Source of the DNA: Salinivirgaceae bacterium
GTDB taxonomy: Bacteria; Bacteroidota; Bacteroidia; Bacteroidales; Salinivirgaceae
Length of the DNA stretch: 64,000 nucleotides
NCBI GenBank assembly: GCA_028709085.1
Contig: JAQVXQ010000001.1
Coordinates: 16,545-80,544, forward strand
Direction: 5' to 3'
In this document: in pieces, positions 28,920 through 38,548 of the stretch
Layout of the letters: each line of letters opens with the position of its first letter
How positions within the stretch are numbered: position 1 is the first letter of the stretch
Translations under genes and position numbers: made by a program
The notes under the pieces: generated by a model
Told to the model about the DNA's origin: nothing
The model's input: only the letters and a program-made list of their open reading frames with translations
The model's database searches: none

Positions 28920-30608
28920 TTATCGAATGTGTCGAGTAGTTTCAATCAATTCTATTACGTCGTCTAAATCGTTATCGATTGTTGAGTAAACCAACTTTCC
29001 ATCTATTATTGTGGCGGTGACTTGCCCATTGAATAGATCTCTCTCATTGGCATGAATCAGATCGATGTCTAATAAAACAATATCGGCCTGTTTTCCTACT
29101 TCCAGTGAGCCACGAATTTTTTCCGTAAAATCAGCTTTTGCTGCCCAAATTGTCATGGCTCGCAGAGCTTGTTCGCGTGTTAATGCGTTTTCCATTTGAA
29201 AACCATTCGTAGGTTCGCCCTTTTGATTTTTCCGGGTCACTCCTGCATAAAATCCATAAAGCGGATTTATATCTTCAATGGGAAAGTCGCTACCGTTGGG
29301 TAGCCATCCATTTTGTTGTAGCAATTGTTGATAGGCGTATGCATATTTGACTCGTTCACCCAATCTTTCTTTTGCCCAGAACATATCCGATGTTGCATGC
29401 GTTGTTTGAATGGATGGAATAATACTTAATGCTCCAAAACGGTTTAAATCCTCTGGATCAACAACTTGTGCATGTTCAATTCGCCATCGACGATCATTCC
29501 CTTCTTTCAAAAACTTTCCGTATATATTGAGCATTAATCGTACAGCCTTATCGCCTATGCAATGTGTTGCCATTTGATAATTATACGTGTTTGCCAATTC
29601 ACATATTTCCGCAATAAATTCATCACTATATACTTGAACACCTTTATTATCGGGTGCATCGGAATATGGTTCGAGCATTAATGCTCCTCGAGAACCCAAC
29701 GCTCCATCGGCATACAATTTTATACAACTAGCCCTTAGTTTTGGATTAAAGGTTAAATTCTTTTTGATAACCTCTTCAATATTTTTATCGCTAGGCTCAA
29801 GCATCGCATTTATATTCATAAGCAACTGACCTGAACGATGCAATGAATCGTATAATAAAAGATCCCTGTACACTATCCCAGCATCAGTAACGGAGGTTAA
29901 ACCAACTTTAAAACAATTTTCTTGAGCTGTAATTATTTGATCAACCTTTTCTTTAGTGGTGTATTCAGGCAACATCGCTCTGATTTTTTCCATTGCATTA
30001 TCGATTAACAAACCAGTAGGTTCACCATTTTCAAGTTCAATGTGTCCCCCTTTGATGTGCGTTTTTGACGTTATTCCAGCCATTTGTAGAAGCGTACTAT
30101 TAACAATGGCACTGTGACCGTCAACGCGTGCCAAATAGACTGGTTTATGGGGAAAATGGATATCAAGCAATTCCTTGGTTGGAAATTTGGGCGTATTCCA
30201 TTCAGTGTGATTCCATCCACGTCCCAAAACCCACGAAGTGGGATTCTCGTTTTGTGACTTAACGATCTTATTAACAACTTCTTCCCAACTGTTTATATTT
30301 CCCAGCCATGGGTTTTGAAGCATTTGTCCATATCCCAAAAAGTGGCAATGAGGATCTATAAAACCGGGGTAAATAAATATAGCACCTTGATCTATGGTTT
30401 GTTTAGAATTATAGGTACCTATAATTTCATTTTTCGATCCAATGGCAATTATTTTCCCATTATGAATTGCCATTGCTTCGGCTGTAGTAAATAGGGAATC
30501 AACAGTATATATTCTATTGGCAATCAATATCATATCTACATCTATTCTTTTTGAGCATGACGATAAATTCATAACTAAAGCAAGTATTAACAGGTACTTA
30601 ATTTTCAT
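28920..30608 (-). CDS. Amidohydrolase-family (Amidohydro_3) metallo-hydrolase, lipoprotein
   Basis: 562 aa with a lipobox-like LSSC, the metal motif GFIDPHCHF, later HCIGD and a C-terminal GSLEVGKQADIVLLD. Confidence 0.8.
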   Translation of the reverse strand: MKIKYLLILALVMNLSSCSKRIDVDMILIANRIYTVDSLFTTAEAMAIHNGKIIAIGSKNEIIGTYNSKQTIDQGAIFIYPGFIDPHCHFLGYGQMLQNPWLGNINSWEEVVNKIVKSQNENPTSWVLGRGWNHTEWNTPKFPTKELLDIHFPHKPVYLARVDGHSAIVNSTLLQMAGITSKTHIKGGHIELENGEPTGLLIDNAMEKIRAMLPEYTTKEKVDQIITAQENCFKVGLTSVTDAGIVYRDLLLYDSLHRSGQLLMNINAMLEPSDKNIEEVIKKNLTFNPKLRASCIKLYADGALGSRGALMLEPYSDAPDNKGVQVYSDEFIAEICELANTYNYQMATHCIGDKAVRLMLNIYGKFLKEGNDRRWRIEHAQVVDPEDLNRFGALSIIPSIQTTHATSDMFWAKERLGERVKYAYAYQQLLQQNGWLPNGSDFPIEDINPLYGFYAGVTRKNQKGEPTNGFQMENALTREQALRAMTIWAAKADFTEKIRGSLEVGKQADIVLLDIDLIHANERDLFNGQVTATIIDGKLVYSTIDNDLDDVIELIETTRHIR

Positions 30609-30766
30609 TGTTTTTCAATTTTATACATTTCTACAAAGATATATTGAAATAGATATAAAACAAATGATCCTTTAAAAAAACTTTATTAATACCTTCACTA
30701 TTAAAGAGTTATCTATGTAGCTAAAAATATCTATAACTCCTCTATTGCCAATGATCTTATTATTTC

Positions 30767-30774
30767 TAGCTTTG
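30767..30774 (+). promoter_or_regulatory. Candidate -7 box (TAGCTTTG) for satP
   Basis: Exact TAnnTTTG 27 nt upstream of ATG 30801. Confidence 0.45.
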
Positions 30775-30800
30775 CAAACTTAAATTTAAAACGAAAATAG

Positions 30801-31364
30801 ATGAATAACAAAATTGCAAATCCAGCGGTAGTAGGTCTTGCCGGATTCGGACTAACTACGTTGCTTTTACAAATCCACAATTTAGGTTTTCTTGGTTTAG
30901 GTCCGGTCGTTTCGATGGGCTTTATTTTTGGCGGATTGGCTCAAATGATCGCCGGCTTTAATGAACAAAAAGTTGGGAATAATTTTGGCTATAGTGCTTT
31001 TGTGGCCTACGGTGCATTCTGGATTGGACTGGGTATTATATGGATAATGAACCATTTTGATATCTATAAATCAAGTGGAACCGATGTTGGTTACTACCTG
31101 TTAGCCTGGACGTTCTACACAGTTATTATGACCATCGCTTCATTATGGGTACACCGAGCCATGACCATTACTTTTGTACTGCTTTTAGTAGGATTTATTT
31201 TACTAGATCTGAGTCATTTTGGGTTTCCAGAAATGCAACCTGTAGCCGCCATAGTTCTTATTTTCTGCGCTTTAGCTGCGTGGTATATGATGGCTGCCAT
31301 AATTATTAACGATTTAGCAGAAAAAGTCATTCTTCCGTTGGGAAAAAGATTTGCTGGAAATTAG
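30801..31364 (+). CDS. satP: Acetate/succinate uptake channel, GPR1/FUN34/YaaH family
   Basis: 187 aa, 6 TM, with the N-terminal family motif NPAVVGLAGFGLTT. Confidence 0.8.
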   Translation: MNNKIANPAVVGLAGFGLTTLLLQIHNLGFLGLGPVVSMGFIFGGLAQMIAGFNEQKVGNNFGYSAFVAYGAFWIGLGIIWIMNHFDIYKSSGTDVGYYLLAWTFYTVIMTIASLWVHRAMTITFVLLLVGFILLDLSHFGFPEMQPVAAIVLIFCALAAWYMMAAIIINDLAEKVILPLGKRFAGN

Positions 31365-31383
31365 TTTTCCCTTTAAATAATAC

Positions 31384-31410
31384 AAAAAGCCCTGAATTTC
31401 AGGGCTTTTT
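31384..31410. terminator. Bidirectional intrinsic terminator
   Basis: Perfect hairpin AAAAAGCCCTG-aattt-CAGGGCTTTTT between convergent genes. Confidence 0.75.
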
Positions 31411-31431
31411 GTATTATTACGAGATGTTTTA

Positions 31432-31965
31432 TCAAACCCCTTTTCCGCCAATAAAATAGTCATCCTTATCTTTAAAGAGGACATTAAAGGTGGTTAAACT
31501 ACCATAAATGCGAGTGATATATTGTTGTAAATCAACTTTTTCCACGTCACTAAGATTACTGGAATTTATTCTCTGTTCCATCACACGCACTCGATCGCGC
31601 ACCATCACTATTTTATGAAAAAAAGTTCCAATGGGCACCTCTTTTTCTTTTAATGAATTATCGCCAGGAACAAGTACCATTTTACCATTTAACCATTTGC
31701 TCCCTAAAGATACTATTTCTTGAATGTCGCTGTATTTGTTCAAAATTCGAATTAGGCTTCGTTCAATTTTCTCGAATGTGAGGAGTTCCGAAGGCATTTC
31801 AACCGCTTCTATTATCTCAAATTCGTCGTAATTCCGCAAAATTCGGATCACGCCGTGTTCAATAAATGTAATTTCATACAAATCTGAAAACAATTGTACA
31901 ACAACTCCCTTACCATATTGTGGGTGCTGGATTCGGGAACCAATACCTAAATTACTATTTTGCAT
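31432..31965 (-). CDS. Hypothetical protein with N-terminal UvrD/PcrA-C-terminal (Tudor/DUF3553-like) motif
   Basis: Start taken at ATG 31965 (MQNSNLGIGSRIQHPQYGKGVVVQL...). The track start 32013 is TTG. The rest of the protein was not recognised. Confidence 0.5.
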   Translation of the reverse strand: MQNSNLGIGSRIQHPQYGKGVVVQLFSDLYEITFIEHGVIRILRNYDEFEIIEAVEMPSELLTFEKIERSLIRILNKYSDIQEIVSLGSKWLNGKMVLVPGDNSLKEKEVPIGTFFHKIVMVRDRVRVMEQRINSSNLSDVEKVDLQQYITRIYGSLTTFNVLFKDKDDYFIGGKGV

Positions 31966-32209
31966 AAAGTTTACGTTTAAATTGTCATCCTTACTTTTAT
32001 AAATACCTTGCAAAATGCGAATTTATTGCATAATCGGCAATAAATTACGCGCAAATATCCAAATCTTTTTTGGAGAAATCGAAATAAACAGATCATAATC
32101 ATTATAAAAATTCAAATTTTCTTGTTTTGGTTTATTATTTGAGTATTTGAATCTGATGAAAAATAATCAAATGTTTGTTGTTAAACACATTTTAAATTAC
32201 CTTTAATCC

Positions 32210-32965
32210 ATGCAAAAGAGATTAGAAATATGTTGCTATTCGATGGAATCGGCCTTGGTGGCACAAAAACAAGGTGCTTATCGTATAGAGTTATGCGATA
32301 ATTATTCTGAAGGTGGCACAACACCTTCCCTAGCAACAATTCAATATGCTGTAAATGAATTAGATATTCCGGTTAATGTGATTGTACGACCCCGTGGTGG
32401 CGATTTTCTTTATTCAGACCTGGAATATGAGATAATGAAACTTGAAGTGAAAATGATTAAGTCGTTAAATGTTAACGGAATAGTTATCGGATTTCTTACT
32501 TCAGATGGAGATATCGACGTTTCAAAAATGAGTGAAATAGTTAAGTTAGCAAAACCCATGGAAGTAACCTTTCATCGAGCTTTTGACATGTGTCGGGATC
32601 CATTTATTGCTTTGGAACAGTTAATTGAAATTGGAGTAACACGAATTTTAACCTCAGGCGGAAAAAACAAAGCTACGGAAGGACTCGATTTAATTACATC
32701 TCTTGTTCATAAGGCACATAATCGCATTATTATTATGCCCGGCAGTGGTGTAAGTGAGCAGAATCTGAAAGAGGTGATCATAAAAACGAACGCTACTGAA
32801 TTTCATAGCTCGGCAAAAATGTTTACGCCAAGTAATATGAATTACTTCAACAAAAGTATTACCATGGGTGGACAAAATTCCATCGATGAGTATAGCAAAA
32901 TCTCAGTAAATCCGAATAGTATTCGAAAAATGGTAGAAATCTTACATGAATTTAATTGTCTGTAA
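32210..32965 (+). CDS. cutC: Copper homeostasis protein CutC family (TIM barrel)
   Basis: 251 aa starting LEICCYSMESALVAQKQGAYRIELC, with VIVRPRGGDF and TFHRAFD motifs. Confidence 0.85.
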   Translation: MQKRLEICCYSMESALVAQKQGAYRIELCDNYSEGGTTPSLATIQYAVNELDIPVNVIVRPRGGDFLYSDLEYEIMKLEVKMIKSLNVNGIVIGFLTSDGDIDVSKMSEIVKLAKPMEVTFHRAFDMCRDPFIALEQLIEIGVTRILTSGGKNKATEGLDLITSLVHKAHNRIIIMPGSGVSEQNLKEVIIKTNATEFHSSAKMFTPSNMNYFNKSITMGGQNSIDEYSKISVNPNSIRKMVEILHEFNCL

Positions 32966-33122
32966 TTACTGATACACTAAATTGTTAATCAGCAAGTTAC
33001 AACTTTACAAGCTCCTGAAATCAGGTCAAAAAAAAAGTTTTCAAATCTGTAAAATCAGATTTAAAAACTTAATTTTCTAATTGGTTTATTTTTCGATAAA
33101 CACAACTAACTGTGTAGCTATG

Positions 33123-33195
33123 AGCGGGAAACGAGACTCAAACTCGCGACCCTCAGCTTGGAAGGCTGATGCTCTATCAACTGAGCTATTCCCGC
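33123..33195 (-). tRNA. tRNA-Gly (anticodon TCC)
   Basis: Reverse complement GCGGGAATAGCTCAGTTGATAGAGCATCAGCCTTCCAAGCTGAGGGTCGCGAGTTTGAGTCTCGTTTCCCGCT folds as a cloverleaf. Anticodon loop is CTTCCAA. Confidence 0.9.
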
Positions 33196-33203
33196 ATATA
33201 AAG

Positions 33204-33277
33204 AGCCGATGGAGGGATTCGAACCCACGGCCTGCTGATTACAAATCAGCTGCTCTGACCAACTGAGCTACATCGGC
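33204..33277 (-). tRNA. tRNA-Thr (anticodon TGT)
   Basis: Reverse complement GCCGATGTAGCTCAGTTGGTCAGAGCAGCTGATTTGTAATCAGCAGGCCGTGGGTTCGAATCCCTCCATCGGCT. Anticodon loop is TTTGTAA. Confidence 0.9.
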
Positions 33278-33293
33278 AATGTTAAAGATCATC

Positions 33294-33367
<74 letters not shown>

Positions 33368-33376
33368 TTAAAACTG

Positions 33377-33459
33377 TGGGGAGAGAAGGATTCGAACCTC
33401 CGAAGGCGTATGCCAGCAGATTTACAGTCTGCCCCTGTTGGCCACTTAGGTATCTCCCC
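33377..33459 (-). tRNA. tRNA-Tyr (anticodon GTA), long variable arm
   Basis: Reverse complement GGGGAGATACCTAAGTGGCCAACAGGGGCAGACTGTAAATCTGCTGGCATACGCCTTCGGAGGTTCGAATCCTTCTCTCCCCA. Anticodon loop is CTGTAAA. Confidence 0.9.
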
Positions 33460-33471
33460 GTAAAGCGAATG

Positions 33472-33479
33472 CAAAAGTA
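33472..33479 (-). promoter_or_regulatory. -7 box (TACTTTTG) of the tRNA Tyr-Gly-Thr-Gly cluster
   Basis: Exact TAnnTTTG 12 nt upstream of the mature tRNA-Tyr 5' end. It is embedded in a 17-mer also found upstream of tRNA-Arg. Confidence 0.6.
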
Positions 33480-33626
33480 GAACATTAATTTATAATCGCA
33501 AATAAAAATATGACTTATTTACTATTATTTTTAATCTAAAATAGTAACATTTTAATTATAAACCGATTGATAGAACAAGTGATTCCGAGAATCGATCTTT
33601 AAATAGAGAATTATGTATAGAATTCC

Positions 33627-36476
33627 CTATTTTAGGGCAAGTTCCGCTTTCAAATATTGTCCGGTAACGCTATTTTTATTGGCTGCTATTTGCTCGGGAG
33701 TACCTATGGCAATAATTTCTCCTCCATCCCGTCCACCTTCAGGTCCCATGTCAATTATATGGTCTGCGTGTTTAATAATATCCAAATTATGTTCAATAAC
33801 AATTACTGTATTGCCTTTTTCGACCAAACTGTCAAGAACGCCAAGCAACACACGAACATCTTCAAAATGAAGTCCAGTGGTGGGTTCATCCAGAATGTAG
33901 AGTGTTTTACCGGTGCTTGGACGGGCCAGTTCTGCCGACAACTTTACACGTTGTGACTCGCCGCCGCTTAATGTTGTAGAGGGCTGACCGAGTTTAATGT
34001 ATCCCAATCCAACATTTTGAAGTGTTTTTAATATTTTTTTTATTTTAGGAATGTTTTCAAAGAACTCAACCGCTTGATTTATTGTCATTTCCAACACATC
34101 ATTTATACTTTTACCTTTAAACCGAATTTCGAGGGTTTCTCGGTTATATCTTTTCCCTCTGCATTCGCGACATTCGACATAAACACTTGGCAAAAAATTC
34201 ATTTCAATGGTCTGTACTCCTGCACCTTTGCAGTTTTCGCATCGTCCGCCTTTAACATTAAATGAAAATCTGCCAGGTTTGTAGTTTCGAATATTAGATT
34301 CAGGTAATTGAGCATAAATCGATCTAATATCGCTAAAAACATTGGTGTAGGTAGCTGGATTACTGCGTGGCGTGCGTCCCAAGGGACTTTGATCGACCTC
34401 AATTACTTTATCAATATATTCGATGCCATGAATCGATTTGTACGGCAATGGATCTTTTAATGCATTAAAAAAATGTGTGTTTAGAATGGGGTGCAGTGTT
34501 TCATTAATTAAGCTCGATTTTCCACTTCCACTGACGCCAGTTATGCAAATAAATTTCCCTAATGGAATTTCAACATCCACACTTTTTAAATTATTTCCTG
34601 TGGCCCCTTTTAACTGAATTGCCTCTCCGGTTCCTTGTCGTCGGGTCTCTGGAATATTAATTACACGGGTTCTATTTAGATATTGCGCGGTCATTGATTT
34701 GCCTTGCAATACGGCCTTTAAATCGCCAGAAATGCTCACTTCGCCACCCTTTCGTCCTGCTCCGGGTCCAATGTCCACAATGTGGTCGGCTGCTTCAATC
34801 ATCTCCTTATCGTGTTCAACCACAATAACGCTGTTTCCCAAATCGCGCAAATTTTTCAATGAATCGATGAGTCGGATATTATCTCGCTGGTGCAATCCAA
34901 TGCTGGGTTCGTCGAGTATATACAATACATTGACCAATTGAGCCCCTATTTGCGTGGCTAATCGGATTCGTTGACTTTCTCCACCAGAAAGGGTCTTAGA
35001 GCTTCTATGAAGCGATAAATAGCCTAACCCTACGTCAATTAGAAATCCAATCCGATTGTTAATCTCTTTTAAAACATCTTCGGCAATTTTTTGTCGTCGT
35101 GGGGTAAGTCGATCGTATAGATTTTTAAACCATTCGGCCAACAAATAGAGATCCATGGTTGCTAGTTCGGCAATGTCTTTCCCATTGATTTTAAAATCGC
35201 GTGCTTCCTTTTTTAGGCGCGTTCCTTTACATTCAGGGCAGGTTACTTCTTTGAAATATCGTTTTGCTTGACGTTCTTCGTTCTCGTCGGAAACTTGTTG
35301 GTTTAGTATTTCGACAATTCCATGATAATTAATATCATAGCCAGAAAATGATCCTAATGGGGATTGTTCTAATTTAATGGGGTAATCTACTCCATTAAGT
35401 AAGGCTTCAATAAACTCGGGTGGAAGTTCTGAGAATGGCTTATTAATAGTTGTTTTAAATATTTTGGCTAATGCTTCAATTTGCCAAAATATTATGGAGG
35501 CTCTATATTTTCCTAATGGGGCTATGGCTCCTTGAAAAATGGAGAGTTTGGGATTTGGGAATACTTTGTCGTAGTCAAATTCACTTATTGTGCCTAAACC
35601 TTTACATTTTGGACAATATCCCGCAGGAACATTAAAGGAAAAAGAGTGTGGTTGGGGTTCATCGTAGGATACTCCAGATTCGGGGCACATCAAATATTTT
35701 GAAAAATAATCGACGGTGCTGTTCTCTGGAAAGGCAATTGCCATGATGCCTTTTCCGTGATCGAGAGCGGTTTTTATGGAGCGTTTAATTCTCTGATCAT
35801 CAGGTTTTACAGTAATTTTATCAATTACAATCTCAATATTGTGAACGTTATACCGATCGAGTTTCATTCCCGATGTAATCTCTTTTATCTCCCCATTGAT
35901 CCGAGCATGAAGAAACCCTTTAAGTCGAATTTGTTCAAATAGTTCTCTGTAATGTCCTTTTCGTCCTTTTATGACGGGCGATAAAATGTAAATACGCTGA
36001 TTATCATACCGTTTAGTAACAAGATCTGTGATTTGATCTTCGGTATATTTAATCATAATTTTGCCGGTGGTTGGCGAATATGCGTCTGCTACCCGAGCAA
36101 AAAGCAAGCGTAAAAAGTCATATATTTCGGTAATTGTACCCACGGTTGAACGTGGATTTTTGTTAACGGTCTTTTGCTCGATACTAATTACGGGGCTTAA
36201 TCCTGTAATGCGATCAACATCAGGACGTTCAAGAACACCCAAAAACTGCCGGGCATAACTTGGGAAAGTTTCAATATATCGCCGTTGTCCTTCGGCGTAG
36301 ATCGTATCAAAGGCCAACGATGACTTTCCGCTTCCACTGAGACCGGTAATTACGGTTAACTTATTTCGTGGAATGGAAAGGTCAATGTTTTTAAGATTAT
36401 GAACACGGGCTCCGTAAACATTAATGGACTCGGTATAATCTGGATTTATATCTGGTTCTATTTTCTTTTTCGACAT
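33627..36476 (-). CDS. uvrA: Excinuclease ABC subunit A
   Basis: 949 aa with two ABC ATPase modules ([26 protein letters not shown] twice) and zinc-finger Cys motifs (CPKCKG, CPECKG, CENCKG). Confidence 0.95.
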   Translation of the reverse strand: MSKKKIEPDINPDYTESINVYGARVHNLKNIDLSIPRNKLTVITGLSGSGKSSLAFDTIYAEGQRRYIETFPSYARQFLGVLERPDVDRITGLSPVISIEQKTVNKNPRSTVGTITEIYDFLRLLFARVADAYSPTTGKIMIKYTEDQITDLVTKRYDNQRIYILSPVIKGRKGHYRELFEQIRLKGFLHARINGEIKEITSGMKLDRYNVHNIEIVIDKITVKPDDQRIKRSIKTALDHGKGIMAIAFPENSTVDYFSKYLMCPESGVSYDEPQPHSFSFNVPAGYCPKCKGLGTISEFDYDKVFPNPKLSIFQGAIAPLGKYRASIIFWQIEALAKIFKTTINKPFSELPPEFIEALLNGVDYPIKLEQSPLGSFSGYDINYHGIVEILNQQVSDENEERQAKRYFKEVTCPECKGTRLKKEARDFKINGKDIAELATMDLYLLAEWFKNLYDRLTPRRQKIAEDVLKEINNRIGFLIDVGLGYLSLHRSSKTLSGGESQRIRLATQIGAQLVNVLYILDEPSIGLHQRDNIRLIDSLKNLRDLGNSVIVVEHDKEMIEAADHIVDIGPGAGRKGGEVSISGDLKAVLQGKSMTAQYLNRTRVINIPETRRQGTGEAIQLKGATGNNLKSVDVEIPLGKFICITGVSGSGKSSLINETLHPILNTHFFNALKDPLPYKSIHGIEYIDKVIEVDQSPLGRTPRSNPATYTNVFSDIRSIYAQLPESNIRNYKPGRFSFNVKGGRCENCKGAGVQTIEMNFLPSVYVECRECRGKRYNRETLEIRFKGKSINDVLEMTINQAVEFFENIPKIKKILKTLQNVGLGYIKLGQPSTTLSGGESQRVKLSAELARPSTGKTLYILDEPTTGLHFEDVRVLLGVLDSLVEKGNTVIVIEHNLDIIKHADHIIDMGPEGGRDGGEIIAIGTPEQIAANKNSVTGQYLKAELALK

Positions 36477-36501
36477 GTTTTTTCAATGAAAAGCGGGCAA
36501 T

Positions 36502-37461
36502 TTATTGTATTAAATGCGTAAAACGCGTTTGATACTTTTTTGTAGGAATTTCGATAATATACTCTTTATTTTTAGAAATGGTAAGTGTGTTGGCTCTCAA
36601 CCAAGGATTAAAATACTTCAATTCACGATACGTTAATCCTCGCTCTTTTGCCCAATCGGCTAAATTTGAAATGGTTTCGTTTACTACGATCTCTTTTGTG
36701 GAAATTGCAGGATATAATTGATCGTATTCAAGATAAAATCCATATCGTTCCGGATTATTTAATATTAACTTGAAGGCAATGGCTCTAAACACGTAACGTT
36801 CAGTCTCTTCAGAAAATAACAGTGAATAATAATCGCTCTGTTTTTGTTGATCCATTTGGCGGATAACGGTTGTTCGTCCACAATTATAGGCTGCCGTTGA
36901 AAGTGTCCAGGAATCAAATCGATTGTTAAGCCATTTGAAAAATTTACAGGCGGCTATGGTCGATTTTTTCCAATGATATCGTTCATCAACTTCATTATTA
37001 ATTTCTAAACCATATTCTTTCGCTGTTCCGCTTAAAAACTGCCAGAAACCAACCGCTTTTGATGGTGAAATGGCATTGGTTAAACCACTTTCAATCAGTG
37101 GAATATATTTTAAATCGTCGGGCAATCCCTCCTCTTTTAATATTTGACTAATATGGGGTAAGTATCGATTTGCCTTTTTAATATTTATGTAGGTGCTTGA
37201 GTGCCAAAACACATTTACGACCAATTCACGCTCTAAGCGTTCGCGAATATCGAAATTTTCCATGGGAACTTTCTCTCCTGCAAAAGAGATCTGCGATGGC
37301 ATTGGAACGGAGGATACTTTTTGAAATTTTTGGTTTCTGTTTTCTTCTTCATATTCAATCTCATTGCTTTTTGATGGTTTTAATATAAACGAAAACTTAA
37401 CTATTCCTAAAACTCCTAAAAAAAGGGCAACGGTAACAAGGGTAATAACTAATTTACGCAT
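36502..37461 (-). CDS. Membrane-anchored lytic transglycosylase (SLT domain)
   Basis: 319 aa with an N-terminal TM and the SLT catalytic region IPLIESGLTNAISPSKAVGFWQF. Confidence 0.75.
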   Translation of the reverse strand: MRKLVITLVTVALFLGVLGIVKFSFILKPSKSNEIEYEEENRNQKFQKVSSVPMPSQISFAGEKVPMENFDIRERLERELVVNVFWHSSTYINIKKANRYLPHISQILKEEGLPDDLKYIPLIESGLTNAISPSKAVGFWQFLSGTAKEYGLEINNEVDERYHWKKSTIAACKFFKWLNNRFDSWTLSTAAYNCGRTTVIRQMDQQKQSDYYSLLFSEETERYVFRAIAFKLILNNPERYGFYLEYDQLYPAISTKEIVVNETISNLADWAKERGLTYRELKYFNPWLRANTLTISKNKEYIIEIPTKKYQTRFTHLIQ

Positions 37462-38533
37462 TTTCTGTTTTCTGTTTTGGTTTTACAATTCGGGTCATTG
37501 TATATAAAGTAATAAAAACAGTTGTTGGCCATATTGAAAAAAGAAGTATTTGATTACTGGTCGGATTCTTAACAACAAAATATAACCATCCTGCTAATGT
37601 CAATGAAATAATACTAATTGCAATCATTACTAAGGCAACGCCCCAATCTTTGAGTCCTATATAAGATAGGAAATGCGTTGTGTGATCGCGACCACCTACA
37701 AAGGGGGAATTTCCTTTCAACAAACGATTAATGCTTACGGTGGTTGTGTCGGTAATTGGAACCGTAAATATTAACCAAATAAGTAGCAACGGTGTTAATC
37801 CGGGGTGATGCAATGATTGTGCGGGGATATTCCAAACAAATAGAATACCAAGTATGGAGAGTAGTGCTCCCAAAAACATGGATCCATTGTCGCCCATATA
37901 CATTTTAGATGGATGCCAATTAAAAATTAGAAAACTACCAACGCTACTAATCCCTGATACTAATAGTATTAAGTAAAACCATATTTCGGGTTCGCCTAAA
38001 GTAACAGCAATAAGGATCATAAAGCTGAGAATTAAAAGGGATACGCTCGATGTTATTGCATCCATATTGTCGAGCATGTTTATACTATTCATAACGCCTA
38101 GAACCCAAAAAACAGTGAGCATATAGTTTAACATGGGGGTTTCGAATATTTTGATGTAAATATCGAAGTTAATTAATAGTAATGCACATGCAAACTGGGC
38201 TGTTGACTTAAATATGGGGCTTGAATTCAAAAGATCGTCGGCTAATCCTATTAAAAAGGAGACGGTTACCACTAAAATCATACCTACTCCAATAGTACTC
38301 GTTAAGAACTCACCTTTAAAAAGTAAAACGTAATTTATGATTCCAAACATGAATATACAAAAGAAGGTTATACCTCCTAAAATTGGTTTAGATTGCGATT
38401 CCCAGCGTATTCCACTTACATTTGCCTTTTTGAGGTTGTGTTTTTGTGTTGAATTTATGAGATATTTATGTAAAAGAAATCCCAATATAAAAGAGTATCC
38501 CCCATAGAGGACTATTAATATAATTAATTCCAT
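37454..38533 (-). CDS. Polyprenyl-phosphate sugar-1-phosphate transferase (MraY/WecA, GT4-family initiating transferase)
   Basis: 359 aa, about 10 TM, with NSINMLDNMD and YMGDNGSMFLG motifs typical of WecA/MraY enzymes. Confidence 0.8.
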   Translation of the reverse strand: MELIILIVLYGGYSFILGFLLHKYLINSTQKHNLKKANVSGIRWESQSKPILGGITFFCIFMFGIINYVLLFKGEFLTSTIGVGMILVVTVSFLIGLADDLLNSSPIFKSTAQFACALLLINFDIYIKIFETPMLNYMLTVFWVLGVMNSINMLDNMDAITSSVSLLILSFMILIAVTLGEPEIWFYLILLVSGISSVGSFLIFNWHPSKMYMGDNGSMFLGALLSILGILFVWNIPAQSLHHPGLTPLLLIWLIFTVPITDTTTVSINRLLKGNSPFVGGRDHTTHFLSYIGLKDWGVALVMIAISIISLTLAGWLYFVVKNPTSNQILLFSIWPTTVFITLYTMTRIVKPKQKTENA

Positions 38534-38548
38534 AATTGTATTTTTTGA

